A stretch of DNA of 63,976 nt, the filler included, from Ionaspis alba (taxonomy: Eukaryota), in the NCBI GenBank assembly GCA_964255285.1. It is 4 parts of 4 records of this genome, joined end to end, with 100 filler letters (N's around TTAATTAATTAA, not from the genome) between each part and the next. Parts side by side here need not be neighbours in the genome. Positions count along the whole stretch, not along the records: positions 1 to 16,166 come from CAXUUL010000353.1; 3 more parts are not named here. One strand, written 5' to 3'. The notes beneath the pieces are model-generated. The model was not told where the DNA came from, made no database searches, and saw only the letters and a list, made by a program, of their open reading frames with translations. This document shows positions 1 through 13,690 of this stretch, one piece after another (the stretch's first letter is position 1; every line of letters starts with the position of its first letter). Made by a program: the position numbers and the translations under genes.

Positions 1-1377
1 GGAACGGGGTTGGCGGCTATGGGGGTGGTGGTTGTGGAGGCTGTGTCGAGGGGGGTTGATTTTGGGAGGGTGATGTGCGCGTGGTCGATCATGGATCGCT
101 GGATGCGGGATTGGATGCTCCGGTCTGGAGTCGTGGGGAAGAGGCGTCGGGAGATATCTTTGGGGAAACGCTCTTTTTTGTCGTCTGGGTTGCTGATGGG
201 GAGTTCGAGGACGGCTTTCTGGAGGCGGGCGAATTCTTCATCGGGGTGAGCTTGGATGAGGAGCGTTGCCCAGCGTTCGAAGCCGAGGGGTGTCAGGCCT
301 GGGATGTCGGGTCGTTCGTCAAAGTGTTCTTGAACCAGATGGTGCTGGCACTCCAGGTCTCGGTACATCCTGGAGATTGAGGATTCTCTATCGTCAAAAA
401 TCACTACTCGAGGTTACTTTCTGTAGTCCGTTGAAGTCGTAGATACGACATAATACATACCAGACCATGGATAAGTCTCATTAGGCAGCCTGATATTGCC
501 ATAATATTTGGCCATCTTGACCGGAGTTATAACAATACTGTGGCAAGGCTCATAATCCTCAATCTGTTAATAGCATCAGAATTTGCCACGTTCAAATGAA
601 ATCTTGAAAGCATACCAGGTGAACGGCAAGACCCCGCAAAAATTGACCTAGTCTGACTGTAGGACGATTTGTTTCATCAAAGAGCTGACCCCAAATCTTC
701 TCCAGCGTCGTCTCCTCTTTTGAAGTCGACAGCCGCGTAGGACCTTTAGGACGTGTGTTGCCAGCCTCGCTACTGACACTTAATCTCGACGAAGGTCTCC
801 TCTCCTCGAAATGCGAGATCGGCGGCTCTTTTGGACTCGGAGGCGCGGCTTGAGGTACGGAAGATTGAGATTCAGGAGAGCCATGATTAGGATAGTCGGA
901 ATGTTTGTGAGGAGAGGGAGGAGTGTAAACGTTTCGGGGCATTGGAGGTGATGCACCGGATTGAGTGGAAGGCGATTGAGGGACTGGTTGAAGTGGAGGC
1001 GGAGGAGGGTATTGTTGCTGGGCCGCTGTGACTGGGGTGCCAGAATCCAGACTGGAAGTCCTCAGTTGTTTGATGACATTCTCGGTGATTTGCGCGATGA
1101 GGTCTGGGTTGAGGGCAGCCGAAGGATCGACCTTATCATTGAAAGTGGAGGTAATAGCCTCGTCCTCGATCGTAGCGGGTTGATGCGGCTGAGGATGATG
1201 CTTTGCATGCTCTGACGCATACCCGTCTGCCCCTCGATCCCGTGAAGATTGACGAGACTTAGGTTTGTAAGCTTCAGCTGGATTGCTGTAGCCGGTAGGA
1301 TACTGCTGCATTCTAGGATCCGAGTATTCAAAGAACGGTGGTTGGTCCGGAGGTCTGCGATATGCGTCGTGAGCCAT
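1..1377 (-). CDS. Conserved fungal protein, DUF7514-like (3' end runs off the window)
   Basis: ATG at 1377 (MAHDAYRRPP). Exons approx. 1377-616, 563-461 and 403-<1 with GT-AG introns. A Pro/Ser-rich N-terminus precedes WGQLFDETNRPTVRLGQFLRGLAVHL|IEDYEP...SIVITPVKMAKYY...IFDDRESSISRMYRDLECQHHLVQ. Family assignment is from memory of the motif. Confidence 0.7.
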
Positions 1378-2622
1378 GACTGTACTCGGATTTCTGGGCG
1401 CAAGGCTCCCGTCGTCACCGTTGCAGCGCAACCCGGACACAGTCCAAGCTGAGGCCGATAAAGACCCACCGGGCGTTTCGTGATGAGCAAGAGTGTAGAG
1501 AGATTATTGACGGTGATGATGATGTTTGTATGATCGAGGTTTGATCGAGGGAGAGAAGGAGCAAGGCTAAGTTAGGTTATGAACAACAGTATGCGAAACC
1601 AACGTCGAAGGTGCGTGAATGGATCCCGTTCGTCTAATGGTAAGCTAAGATGTGAGTGCGTGGGTGAAGGATTGAGTGAGTGAGTGGCTGTTGGAACAAA
1701 ACAGGTTGGGCGGTACTGGGCGAATTGCAGGTCGACAGATCGTGAGAGCGCACAGCTAAGAGCCGGTGCAATGGACTCTTTGCTGCAATATGTACGATGA
1801 TGATAATGATGGAGTATGGCGAGGAGATTGGGTTGGTTCGCAGCAACGGGCTGTCGATGGCTGTCCTCTCGATGGTCGCAGGTGACTGTCCAGCAAGGCT
1901 GAGTTTCCAGTCGATACACAGCAGCTCTGGCTGTTTGACATTTCTGGAACGCAGCGACAAAGATTCCTCCCCCTTCCCTCCCATTCGAAGCTTGTTGCCC
2001 GATTTACCCTACGATGACGATGGCCAAGTGCCCTCGAGTGGCTCTCCCGGCCGAACTGTTACCTCACTATCCGCTTCGACTTCCCCTCCCTTCGATAGCC
2101 GAGCAATACATCAGGCTTAGAGCTGGTGGGAAAACGGGTTACCTTGCGGCTAAACCAGTCCCTGGAGTGTCCATTGGGGTTCTTGGTTTCCATTTTCCAT
2201 GGAATCATCCTTGATTTCCCTGTGGATGTGGCGCCGGCTGTGCCTCCCGTACCACAGTTCGAGGCTCGATTGATGCTCATTATCGATGGCTTGTGGACCT
2301 TGGGAGCAGCTGTACGAGAGATGCCTACAGGCAGGCGTCTTACAGATCAGACCAACAAATACTACAATCCAGGGTGATATAGCAGTTCTTCGTCGTGAGC
2401 ACTAGTGCAAGGCTATCTATTTCCTATCGGTCAAACGGGCCTTTTCTAGCCATTGTGGAAGAACACCATGTGATGCTTAGATTGCAAGTCTACTGGCACT
2501 TACCATTTCAGACTATCTGCAGCCAGAATGCAGATACGTGATTTCCACTTTTCAGGATGCCTCTTCGTGTTCTGCACGCACCAACCTCGTTCCATCATAT
2601 ATGAACGGTAGGCTCCATCGAA

Positions 2623-3911
2623 TTACTTATTGATGGGTTCGCCCAAGCAATCTTCATCTTCGGAATCACTGTCATCGTACGTAGAGACATTGTAGCCTTG
2701 TCGCTCCGGCTCGACCTTCGGTACAGCCTTCATGGGCAACTTGGTTGGCTTGGCAAATCTGGTCTGCTCCACTATCATCAGCAATTGGACCATCTGCAAT
2801 GATAAGACACTGACCGTAGCCGACGTATAGGTACGGGTCGGCGTAAAGGATCGCTCGGTAGTGGCAATGGTAGACGGAGCTCGAACACGAGAGTGTGCCA
2901 CGCCGTGGGAGTCCTTTGTAGGACCGTGAGCCATCCAATTGAAACAACGATTGGACAATTTACATAGGCAGTATATGCTGTTCCGATCTGCTTCCCAGCT
3001 TGACCAGTATAGACCTCTCCATCCCCAACATCTGAGCGAGTACTGGCAAATGAGGTCCAATCCTCGGACGGATCATCCTCTGTCAATTTCCAGGATGCGA
3101 CTCTGCCTGCACTGGCTTTGAAGTTCTCCGAATTGCCTGTCAACCGCTCGTGCTCTTCTAGTTGTAGGCTGTTCAGTCCACTGCGGACGCCATCGAGTGG
3201 TGCACCGCCGTCGGTGGAATCATTTGTTTCCTGAGAAGGTTGTCAGGTCGCACACCCAGATCCGATTCATCTCGGCTACTTACTCCATCAGAGTAGTACG
3301 GGTTGCTGGGCTCGGATTCCTTGTCGCTCTCCACGTCCTCATTCCCAGGTTCGTGAGCAAGTAGTTCATCGACACAAACTCTGCAGCGCTATCATGCTGT
3401 CAGCTCCCTCAGATAACGGGTCATCAAGAGCACCTACAGCTCCATCTGGATTTCGACGCTGAGCATATGCGAATTCGTCAAGGCCTTTCACCTCGTCACA
3501 TCGGGTGCAAGTCAGCTCGGTGACCTGTTGTCCAGTACAAGCACGGCATTTGATGAGGCCAGTGCTACTTGGAGGATTGCCGAATTGGACAATCTTGTAA
3601 CGAAGATCTGATTGTTGCTTCTTTGAGTAGGCTCCGGCTACCTTCCACTTCTTGCAAGCTGCACAACAGATCCTGTAGAGCAAGGTCAGCAATTGTATAT
3701 GCTGCGGGACTGCATGCTTGTTACTTGGTTGGTAGCTCCACCTTTGCCATCCTAAAGACTCGTCCGTCAGCTTTTATTCTTTGATTGGAAGTGGGAGATG
3801 GGTAAACTCGACACCCATTGCATTCGAGCTAGAGACTTTGGTTCGAAGGAGAACTTACTTCTGTACGGTTACCGCGCTATATCCACCGTTGTAGCTGTTT
3901 GGTGAAGGCAT
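2623..3911 (-). CDS. Stc1-domain (LIM-like Zn finger) protein with acidic, disordered C-terminus
   Basis: ATG at 3911 (MPSPNSYNGGYS), with several short GT-AG introns. The spliced product has four CxxC pairs: CAAC..YSKKQ..CRAC-TGQQVTELTCTRCDEVKGLDEFAYAQRRNPD..CRVCV. It ends DDSDSEDEDCLGEPINK* at 2623. 3' exon boundaries are approximate. Confidence 0.75.
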
Positions 3912-6900
3912 TTTGCCTATTTGATTGGAGCAGTGTCTGCAAAATCAATCAATTTGAAACAGGCTGTATATTCATGAAGGAACTCAGGTTGTAGATGGAA
4001 TAAGGACGAGAGCTTTGAAGCTTGCAGGTAAAGACAAGTTGTAAGAATGGGTTGTTTGCTTTGGAGGTTAATATTCAAAGCCCTGACTAGATAGATTCAC
4101 TTCCCGCGAGGTAAGGTTTGACGCTCGTTAAGCCTTCAGTGTCAATGCAACGAGACAGTACCAACTGTTGCGCCTGGAATCCTTTATCTCATGCCTTCCA
4201 GTTTGAGTTCAGACACGAGACCAAAGATGACTAAGGAGAAGAGACAAAGATTCAAGCCTCAGCACGCTTGTCGCTCAGCTATTCAAATGATTTGACTGTT
4301 GACGTGCCTCTCTGCTGTGCTATGTTTTGTGATTTGCAAGCATAAGGTACAGAGCATCTTATGTTGATTGAAGAATCAAATGAACTTAGGGAATGTGCAT
4401 TCTGATAGCGTGTTTGCAAGGCCTAGAGTAGATTCGGATACCCGATTTCAACTCTTGAACCGGCAAACAACCTGTTATGTTGCATGACGGTAACGCAAGC
4501 ACGAGGCTCAAACAACGAGATCATTTATCAAGCTCGACTTGTCTGGGACCTGAGGGAATCCACTCTTCTAATAATCGATGATGATCTGCTGAGAGCTGCT
4601 ATCAACTGAGGAAAATCATGTCAGTCTCCTCTAGTCAAAGGAGCTTAAATCCACATCTGGCGGTATTTGTATAAGAGTGTTATGATCGTGTTCTTGAATG
4701 GAGGTCCTCCCGGGGATACACATCATGGTCAGGGGGATTGTGAGCATTTGTTATTTGTTTGTTTATCTCCCCATGTCTTTCAACTTCAACAAGGATCAAC
4801 GCGGAAGCTGCTCGCGTTCATTTCGAGTTCCATAACAGGCAAAAGAATTTGGCATAGTTCACCCGCAAGGAAGAGTGTTGGAAGTCGAAATTCTGCAGGA
4901 GGAGCGGTCCAAAGGATGCTGCTCAACACTGCTTCGCATTGGAGTTCCCGAACAGCTGGTCGGCACGCATCATCACTCTGAGCTGCTCCCCACGTCTTTG
5001 TTGATTGATATTGACATATGATGCACAGAGCAGAGACCCACTTCCATCACGCTGCTTTCCAGAGATGCAGCACGCAGCCGGACTCCCACAGTCCAGTCTA
5101 CTGGGCTCCCGACGTCCCCGGCACCAGCAGTTTTACAGTTTGCTCTGACAGCAACTACCGTGCCGTCGCACCAATGATCGTCGATCACCTCCATCATCGA
5201 GCATGACCTACCAATTGGATCGCCAGGAACAGGTAAGCTTACGAGGGCCTCTGACTCCGCTCTGACAGGGGGTTTGCCTTGATTTGTGATAGCAGCGAGC
5301 ATGCGTCCGGGACGGTCCAGGCACAGTATGCAGCGGGACATGCAATAGGGGGAATTTTGGCTGGTACTTCCCGCGTGGGAGGTGCACAAGTGAAAGGGCG
5401 ATGTCCCAACCCTGCAGTAGCTTATCCTACTGAGGTAACTACGTGGGACAGCAATTACTGCATCATGTATATCGCGATACGCTCAAAGGCGGCCATCATT
5501 CAGATGCCAGAGTAGCGCACTGCCACCACGCCCTCGAAGGTCCCTCCAACGGTCGGAAGCACAAATAGAACAATCGAACTTCGAAATTGGCAACACACAC
5601 TGCCGAGGGCGAACGCCTCAGATTATGCAGTCAGAGAGCCATCAGCAAGGGGCAAGGGATGAACAGGTACCCCTTATGCAAATTATCGCTCATTTGGAAA
5701 GAGGACATCTAGTGCGTCTTTGGTGATAAAGGATGAGCGTTTTGGAACACGCATGATCAGGATTACCTTATTAGTAATGTATCCTTTTAATATTAATATA
5801 ATAATAATAAACGGACTAGAGCTCTATTACTACTGGCATGAAATGGGGAAGGCCGCCCCCTTGATTAGTTCCAACTCCTAAATGGCGTAGCTTAGGGTGG
5901 TTTTCATTGAAGCCTCTGGCACTCCTACACGTTTCCGTACTTCGGCTCGCGTGGGATTTCGCCCAGCCCAACTCCTCGTCCCGACTTGATTCCCCCCCGT
6001 ACTTGCAGTAGGACATTCTACTGCGTATGTACCTCCACCATTCCGACCACTTTTCTCCATCATCATTCATCGCTCGTTGCGCCGTGATCACAAACTAAGT
6101 ACCGTCCTTCGACATCGACCATTCAAAGTCCAACTCTCCTTCGGAGCGTCACACCGCTACCAGTCTCCGTTTCATTACGGCATTGTCGGCCGCTTAGGTT
6201 GGTGCTCCAAGCTACGAAGCTCCTTTGCCCAGATGCGAAGCTGACAGGCACACCTCCCAAATCCTCAGCCAGGACTCCGTCTTCCCATAATTCTGTGCCT
6301 CCTGTGCAACAAAATTCCGCATCATTATCAACAGCTATTCATATCCCAATACATCTTTATTCCTTCGACGACAAAAGTCAATCACTGTCTCGCTCGACTC
6401 CGATGCTTGTCTGGGAAGATCCACTCGAGACAAATTGAATCATACGGCTTTGTTCTGGCAGCCACACGTTCCGCGATTGGCTTTGCCAAAAGTCATTGGA
6501 CCTCCCAGCGCATTACACACGTCAAGCTGCTGTCGTTCCACGAATCGCGACAAAACTGTCTGGTTCGATTACCGCCATCACGGCGACGAGGGCAGCGAAT
6601 CGTTCGAGTAACCTTCCGCCGTCAATCAATCAACAAAGAGTGGCCTTGATCTCTGCGGGTGAGCTTCTCCTGCTGGACCCTTTTGTCCAACTTCCTTGTC
6701 CGCCCAGAATCACAAGTCTGACCGTCAGATAATTTCAGACTCTATCTTTGAACCACTCAGCCTAGCCTTTGACGCGTCCTTGCAGCCCAGAAGAAAATCT
6801 ACCGGTGGAGTTGTCTGCGTAGGCACAGGATGATCGTCGGATTTGCGCCTATTCTCTTTCGATCAACATCGTGAGCTGTTCTGTGACCTGAGCAATTGGA

Positions 6901-7033
6901 AAGGGTGGAAATTTCAATCTGCTCGTTCATCTTCTACCAATACGAGTCGTACTTCTCTCAACACTACACGAGTCATTGTTGGATGTACTGAGGTAGAGAG
7001 CTCTATCTCAACACCAACAACGGAGTCGGCAAG

Positions 7034-9615
7034 ATGACGGTCACCTACGACTTTCCTCCGCGGATCTCTTCACATGGAGCGATGTCTTCATACTGCTTGG
7101 ATGACAAATTCGAAACTATTAAAGATATTGGTGACGGTAGCTTCGGGAGCGTGGCTCTGGCTCGCGTTCGAACTGCTGGCGCTCACCTTGCGCGGCGAGG
7201 GACCATGGTATGTCCACTTTATATCGGAAGTACATCGTTTTGCACCTTACTCACGATTCACTAGGTTGCTATAAAGACGATGAAAAAGACCTTCGAAAGC
7301 TATTCGCCATGTCTAGAACTGCGAGAGGTCATTTTCCTTCGGTCGCTTCCCACTCATGCCCATCTAGTGCCTGCTCTTGATATCTTCCTAGATCCCATGA
7401 CCAAGAAACTGCATATATGCATGGAATACATGGACGGCAATCTATATCAACTGATGAAAGCCAGAGACCATAAATGTCTAGACAGTGGCAGTGTCAAAAG
7501 CATTCTCTTTCAGATTCTAGCAGGACTCGATCACATCCACAACCACAACTTCTTCCATCGAGATATTAAGCCAGAGAACATACTGGTTTCGACATCGGCG
7601 CCTCATGATTCCGGCTCGACGTTCAGACGGTATTCAGCATTGGTGACTCCACCGTCAACACCTCCATCCTACACGGTTAAGATTGCGGACTTCGGACTCG
7701 CGAGAGAAACCCAATCAAAGCTACCATACACGACTTACGTGTCGACTCGCTGGTATCGTGCCCCCGAAGTTCTACTCCGAGCTGGTGAGTACTCGGCTCC
7801 CGTCGACATGTGGGCTATTGGTGCCATGGCTGTAGAGATCGCTACTCTAAAGCCTCTCTTTCCTGGCGGCAACGAAGTCGATCAAGTCTGGAGAGTATGC
7901 GAAATCATGGGAAGTCCTGGCAACTGGTACAATAAGTCAGGCGGTAAGGTTGGCGGTGGTGACTGGAGAGATGGAACTCGACTGGCACAAAAGCTGGGAT
8001 TTTCTTTCCCAAAGGTAAGTGCGACTTACTGAAGATTTACGCAACTCAATCTAACACTCGGTAGATGGCTCCTCATTCGATGGAAACTATTCTCCAGACT
8101 CCACAGTGGCCAGCTGCTCTAAGCAATTTCGTCACATGGTGTCTGATGTGGGATCCAAGAAATCGACCGACATCAGCACAAGCTATGAATCACGAATACT
8201 TCATTGATGCGCACGATCCGTTACGACCGAAGTCATCGACTTCGCGAATCCTCGGAAGGAAACACGCCAGCTACGATCCCCGATTACAGAAAGAGACCTC
8301 CGAGAGTCCTTCAACGTCTATCAGGACCTCATGGTTTAGCAGAAAATCCTTGATCGCTCGAGACAGTGCCCCAGCTGTCCCTCAGCATACCAGTAATACA
8401 CAGCTAGTCTCTCCGAATCCGTCCCCCATCCACGCCAGCACCCTTCCAATCGCTCCCGTTGAAATCAAGCCTCGTCCAGCAGCGAACAAGAGAGCTACCT
8501 GGGCGAACGGGTCGACACCATCAGTTGGGGCCCCAATGCCGATTCTGCCTTCAATCCGACCTATTTCCCCACTCTCCAACGCAGTGACCGCCCAGGCACG
8601 GAGTACACTGATTGGTGGTGCTGGACAAGATCTCCAGGCCAACGCAACGCCGGAGAAGGGCTCCAAGAAGATTGGCCGGCAACTGTCTGTCGCTTCCCAT
8701 GGCAACCACTACCAAGAATCTGATCGATCACTAAATGGCAACAGCGGTCTTTCGTCGCCTACGAACGGTCAAAAGGAAGGCTTCTTCTCTCACTTGCGGA
8801 AAAGAGCTCGAAGACTATCAGGTCGTCATCAGCTGCCAATATCTCCCAAGTACGATGATCTTGAAGCAAATGTGGGCTGTGCCCCTTGGGGTAGTAACAG
8901 GTCTTCTATGATCTTGGATCCTAACACTGTTGTGCAACCGAACCCAAAGCACGACTTTACCGAACTGGATAAGGCGTTACAGAATGTCCGATACAGTCTT
9001 GATGCATCATCACAAGCTACGACGAGCCAGAATGCACCTAACAACAGGCAAGGAATTTCTAACATGTCTGCTACCTCTGCCTTGAAGAGACATCATTCTC
9101 TTGCGCATGTCCAAACGCCACGATCTGGAGATGAGGTGCACTCTGGCTTGACTGGCCCTGCTCCTATCTCAAGCAGAACCCGGCGTGCGCTTCAGCTCTC
9201 AACTCATCCAGCCCACAGATATGAGACTCCCGATGAGGAAGAGGAGCTTCTTGACGAAGCGCTACACGGCGTACAGCGTGCAGTACGTGGCATGGACAGA
9301 ATCAAGAAGGCAGACAGAGATACCAACAGCCGCAACGCTCTGGCCAACAAAGACATCAACCGGCAACCACTCCAGCATTCGCTCAGCACAGGAGCGATCG
9401 TTAACCCATACCCCACACCATCTCCCTCTGCCAAGAGGAACGGCATGCTCTTTACCCAGACCCTCATGGACGAACCTGCCACACCCTTGAACATCGCCCG
9501 GACACGACCCAAGGAAGACCACTCCACCATGTGGCCCACTCCACCCTACGAAGAAAACGAATGGGCTGCTTCCGCCGCGGCAAGCATCTTCGCTGCTGGG
9601 TCTGTCTATCAATGA
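7034..9615 (+). CDS. ime2: Ime2/MAK-family Ser/Thr protein kinase (ImeB-like)
   Basis: Exons 7034-7207, 7264-8014 and 8065-9615. Motifs IGDGSFGSV, VAIKTMKK, HRDIKPEN, KIADFGLARE, and activation loop PYTTYVSTRWYRAPE (TxY). Long low-complexity C-terminal tail. Confidence 0.93.
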
Positions 9616-10688
9616 TTAACTACAGTCTTGTCCGTGTTCTCACGCGGTCAACTTTGTACCATATCCGGCCAATTGGAGCCAACACATGCGCTCGCATGGA
9701 CGTGTATCTCCTCTTATATCGAAAATTCTCAAATTCGGCGTCTCCACTTCGTCCGGAACGAAACAACTAGAACAATACAGCCGCTGTCCCCGCAGACTCG
9801 ACTATCCAAAGTCGCCATTTTCTATTGAACACAATCTTCTGCTTCTATTACCTCGCTTCATACCCCCACGGCCTTCGATAGACTTCCTCCAGGCCTCGCG
9901 TTGCCATTTATTTCGCCATATCAGTAATTTTGCGCCGTGTCGCGCTTGTACCAATACTCGAAGCCCTAGAAAGCTCCGCTTGCCAGCTATTCAGCAAAAC
10001 CCTTTTTCCTTGACTATCTACTCGTTGCAGGCTTGCTCTGCTGTCTGGCTCAACGCATCTCGTTGGTGCGATGTTCGTGGTACTCAGGGAGCTGGGAGGG
10101 TGGGAATTCTGTTCGTGATTATGATAATCGGTGGTTATTTGGCTTGTTTGCCTCAATGGCCAATCTAGGGAATGGAATCGGCGATTTGTATATATGCTAC
10201 CTGAGTGATGGGGATAGCTGTCATATGAAGCTTAATCCAACCCTTCGATTCACATACTCTTTGTTGTCTCACGCTGTGGACCGTCAGGCCTTGCTTCTGG
10301 AGTGTGATAATAGAATCATTGGCGATCACGGACGCCAGAGTAGATCAAAACGAAAATGAAGCAATTGACCCATCACTACCTGCATTGGGTTAGACGAGGA
10401 ACGTGGAGCTTTACCAATATCGCCCGACCCAAACCATCACCAAAACCATAGTCATATGCTTAATTGTCGATCCTAATTCAACTGCAGCCACCACATGTCA
10501 ACATTAGCCTACGAATCCCAATTGACTCATCTATCAGCAAGCATCGTCGTAGCGGGTTCTCTAACAGACAGACTGCATTCGCTCAAGCAGAGCAGACACC
10601 AGGCCTAACAGCATTGCATGAACATACAAGAACACAAGCAAACTCTGTCTTACCATCCACAACGCAGGTTGCCAATTAGAAAGATCTC

Positions 10689-11910
10689 ATGGCACCTGCC
10701 TATGCTCAAACACTACTCTCTCCCGCCGAGCTCGCCTACCTACACTCCTCCCTCTCACTTACCCCTCCTATCCGCCCCGATTCGCGTCTCCCAACTCAGT
10801 TTCGACCTCTCATCGCCGAAACAGACATCCTACCTGGCACAAACGGCAGTGCCCGAATATGCTTCGCCGACGGGACAGAAGCAATCGTTGGCGTGAAGGC
10901 TGAGGTTGAGAAATCTGCTCAGAAAGGCGGTTTAGTTCAGGGCGAGTCAAGATCGAATCAAGCGGTTGAATATGGCGATACGGAGATGGGAGGCATAGAA
11001 GAGACTAAGAGAACTGCTGTGCTGGGGAAGCAAGGAGCAGGAGAAAATAGCTGGGTTGAGATGACAATCGAGATCCCAGGGTTCAGAGACGATGATGCGC
11101 TTCCTGTTTTCCTAGCTGCGATGCTGAATGAAGCTCTGCTTGCGACTGGGGAGCTGGTAGATAAGTTGTGGATTAATCGGCGGTGGCATTGGAAGCTCTA
11201 TATTGATGTACGTAGCAGCAACAATACAAACTCCTCATCACCTCTACAACCTTCTTTCACGGCAAGAGCTGATTCATGGTCCCCACCAGATTCTACTCTT
11301 ATCACCGCCGCTCTCATATCCCATCCCTCTCCTCTCTTTGACAACCCATCTAGCCCTCCTCACAACCCACCTCCCCGCGCTCAAATCCGAACTTGACGAA
11401 GACCCCCTGTTCAACGACGATTGGGACGCAGCCGTACCGCTATATCCCCGCTCCGCACCTACAAGACGAAATCCCAGCTCCTCAGCTTATACCACTCGTC
11501 CACCCGTAACACTCTTGGTGGTCGCTGTGGGATCGAACATCCTCTTCGACCCCACGCGCGAAGAACTTGCCGTCGCGGACGCCGTACTCGCGGTGTCTCT
11601 CTCAGTCTCGCAGTCGGCAGAGACCCCGTCCACAGACCAGAAAGCCAGCACATTGCAGCTGGTGTCTATTCGGACTATCGATCCTCCTTCACGGCTCACT
11701 GCACCTGGTATCCCGGACGCGCTGAACTCGGCTACAGGTGGTGCTGCGAAGCAGATCGGGCTGAACTCAGGGAGTGAAGAAGGAGTCTGGAGACCGCCGA
11801 GAGGAGGCATGAAGAGGGGGCTTGTGGCGAAGGTGGTGGGGATGTGTCTGGAGAAGGGAGGTGTTGGTGAAGAGGTCCTGGCTGGTTTGGAGGGTGTGGA
11901 TGTTGGATGA
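10689..11910 (+). CDS. RRP42: Exosome complex subunit Rrp42 (RNase PH family)
   Basis: Exons 10689-11207 and 11290-11910. Motifs LSPAELAYLHSSL..PIRPDSR..QFRPLIAETDILPGTNGSAR, WKLYID|ILLLSPPLSYP and DPLFNDDWD. Confidence 0.88.
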
Positions 11911-12462
11911 GCTGTGGCCAATGCTTGGATGGAAAGTTAAGTACTAAAAGTCTCTGGGAAGTCGGAATTGGTGTTTCCTGGCCATTGGAACCAGGTCCCA
12001 GTCCCCAGAGTCTGGAGGATTGCTGTGTTAGCTGGACCAGATTCTCCGCTGGATTCGATCGAGTTGAATCAGTGCTAGACCGTGTAGCGCAATCGGATGA
12101 GCTAAAGGCAGTGCTCTTTGTTCTCTACCTCCCAAGATTGGCTCAGAACCTTGGAACAATGCCATTGTTCTGCTTCCCTCTACTGTCTCTGCCGGAGACC
12201 CGCAACAGAGCCAGACAATGGTCTTGTTCTCGTTTATTTTTGTCCTTGTCGCCTACGAAGTTTCTCGACGGTTTCTATCGTCTATTCCTATTGTTCGAAT
12301 TCACTTCCCATGGTATTTCTTTCTCTATAAATTACCCCTCTCCCCTCTCTCTGTCGATGCGTGCACTTCTCATCGTTACTCCCCCAGATCCCTATTACCC
12401 TATTCTTACCTCGTCCCAAGCCCAGTCTTCACTCCGCTCACGCTCCACCGCATTCGACCAGA

Positions 12463-12744
12463 ATGTGCAAGGCTACTTCCACAATCTGCCCCCACTGCTC
12501 CCACCGCTTCCATCGGTCCGTGACCCACTGCAAGAACGCGCCAAATTGCCGCAACGTCATTGAGGACATCGTCGTCACGAAAAAGGCCTGCGGTCGTCAC
12601 AATAACCCAAAGCGGAAAGAGCGCAGCCGAAGTCCTCCCAATGACCGCCGAAATGATCGGGAGGATGAGGAGGAGCGACGTTGGCGCAGAAAGCAGAGCG
12701 AGGGGGAGTTCCGCCACCGAAACCAACGGGATATCAGGAGGTGA
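12463..12744 (+). CDS. Small (93 aa) Cys/His-rich protein with charged RS/RE tail
   Basis: ATG at 12463 follows a pyrimidine-rich leader. MCKATSTICPHCSHRFHRSVTHCKNAPNC...KACGRH is followed by RSRSPP..REDEEERRWRR. Codons are biased to C/G endings and a T-rich 3' region follows. Confidence 0.55.
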   Translation: MCKATSTICPHCSHRFHRSVTHCKNAPNCRNVIEDIVVTKKACGRHNNPKRKERSRSPPNDRRNDREDEEERRWRRKQSEGEFRHRNQRDIRR

Positions 12745-13690
12745 GCGGAGTGGGCAGATTGCCGGGAGGGAAAGGGAAGTCGTGTCTTTTATTTTGTTTT
12801 GTGTTGGTAAGTGGGTTATCCTCGGCGTTCTATGGCGTTAGAGAAGTCATCTTGCTGCATTGATCTCACCACATCTAAAAAAACTCAAAAATATTCTTTG
12901 GCGTTCTATGGCGTTAGAGGAGTTTTGTTTTTGCATTTAGAAAAAAATCGAGAAATTTTGCTGGGTATTTCATGGATTTCAATGCTTCGACTGTGAAAAT
13001 GTGATACGTGAGTGATCGTTGTATAATCATTTCGTTATTCTTATGCGAGCACGACCTCGTTTGTACTTCGATCTAATCTCATTGTTCTCTCACTGTAGAC
13101 TTTACACGCTTAGGAAGGTCCCAAACATTGGTCTCAACAACCCTTTCAGAGGTCAAGCAGATTCTGCTGTGATTATTGACTCTCTCCGTCGTGTCGAGAT
13201 CTTGAAGGGCTACATGGGAGCGTGTGAGTCTGGGAATTGCGCTCGAAGATAGTTACTGATTCATCAGCTGATATAGTCATGCCAGCTATCCTTTGGCACA
13301 TAATCGGCTGTCTGCTCGGTGGGTCGCCCACAAGGATGCTACCTGCCAGGGCTCCTAATGAGCTTGCAACGCTTTTTCCGCAGAGCTTTCCTGACGCACT
13401 GTCACTGCAATACTATTATCACATTTCACCATACAGAATCCGACGTTGAAATTATGATTAACTCCATTTCACACGACCATATACAGTCGACGAAGAACGG
13501 AGAGTATTCAATGCAGGAAACTCAATGCAAATAATAATGCTTGCCATTTTTTATACTGTTTTGTGGGGATATTCTAGTCAGCAGAAATCAAAACCAAGAC
13601 TCCAAAATCAAGAACTCCGAACTCCATGTTCGGAAGGCATGGGCCCTCCCTATTCTTACCTCATCTCTGATCGTCCTCGTCGTCCCGCCT

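Noticed and set aside
4000..6000. Short ORFs and an AT-rich (AAT)n patch in the Stc1-ime2 intergenic region
   Set aside because: No recognisable protein motifs, terminal repeats or transposase remnants.
10689..11910. Two overlapping 235-aa ORFs suggesting a programmed frameshift in RRP42
   Set aside because: Explained by an ordinary GT-AG intron at 11208-11289.
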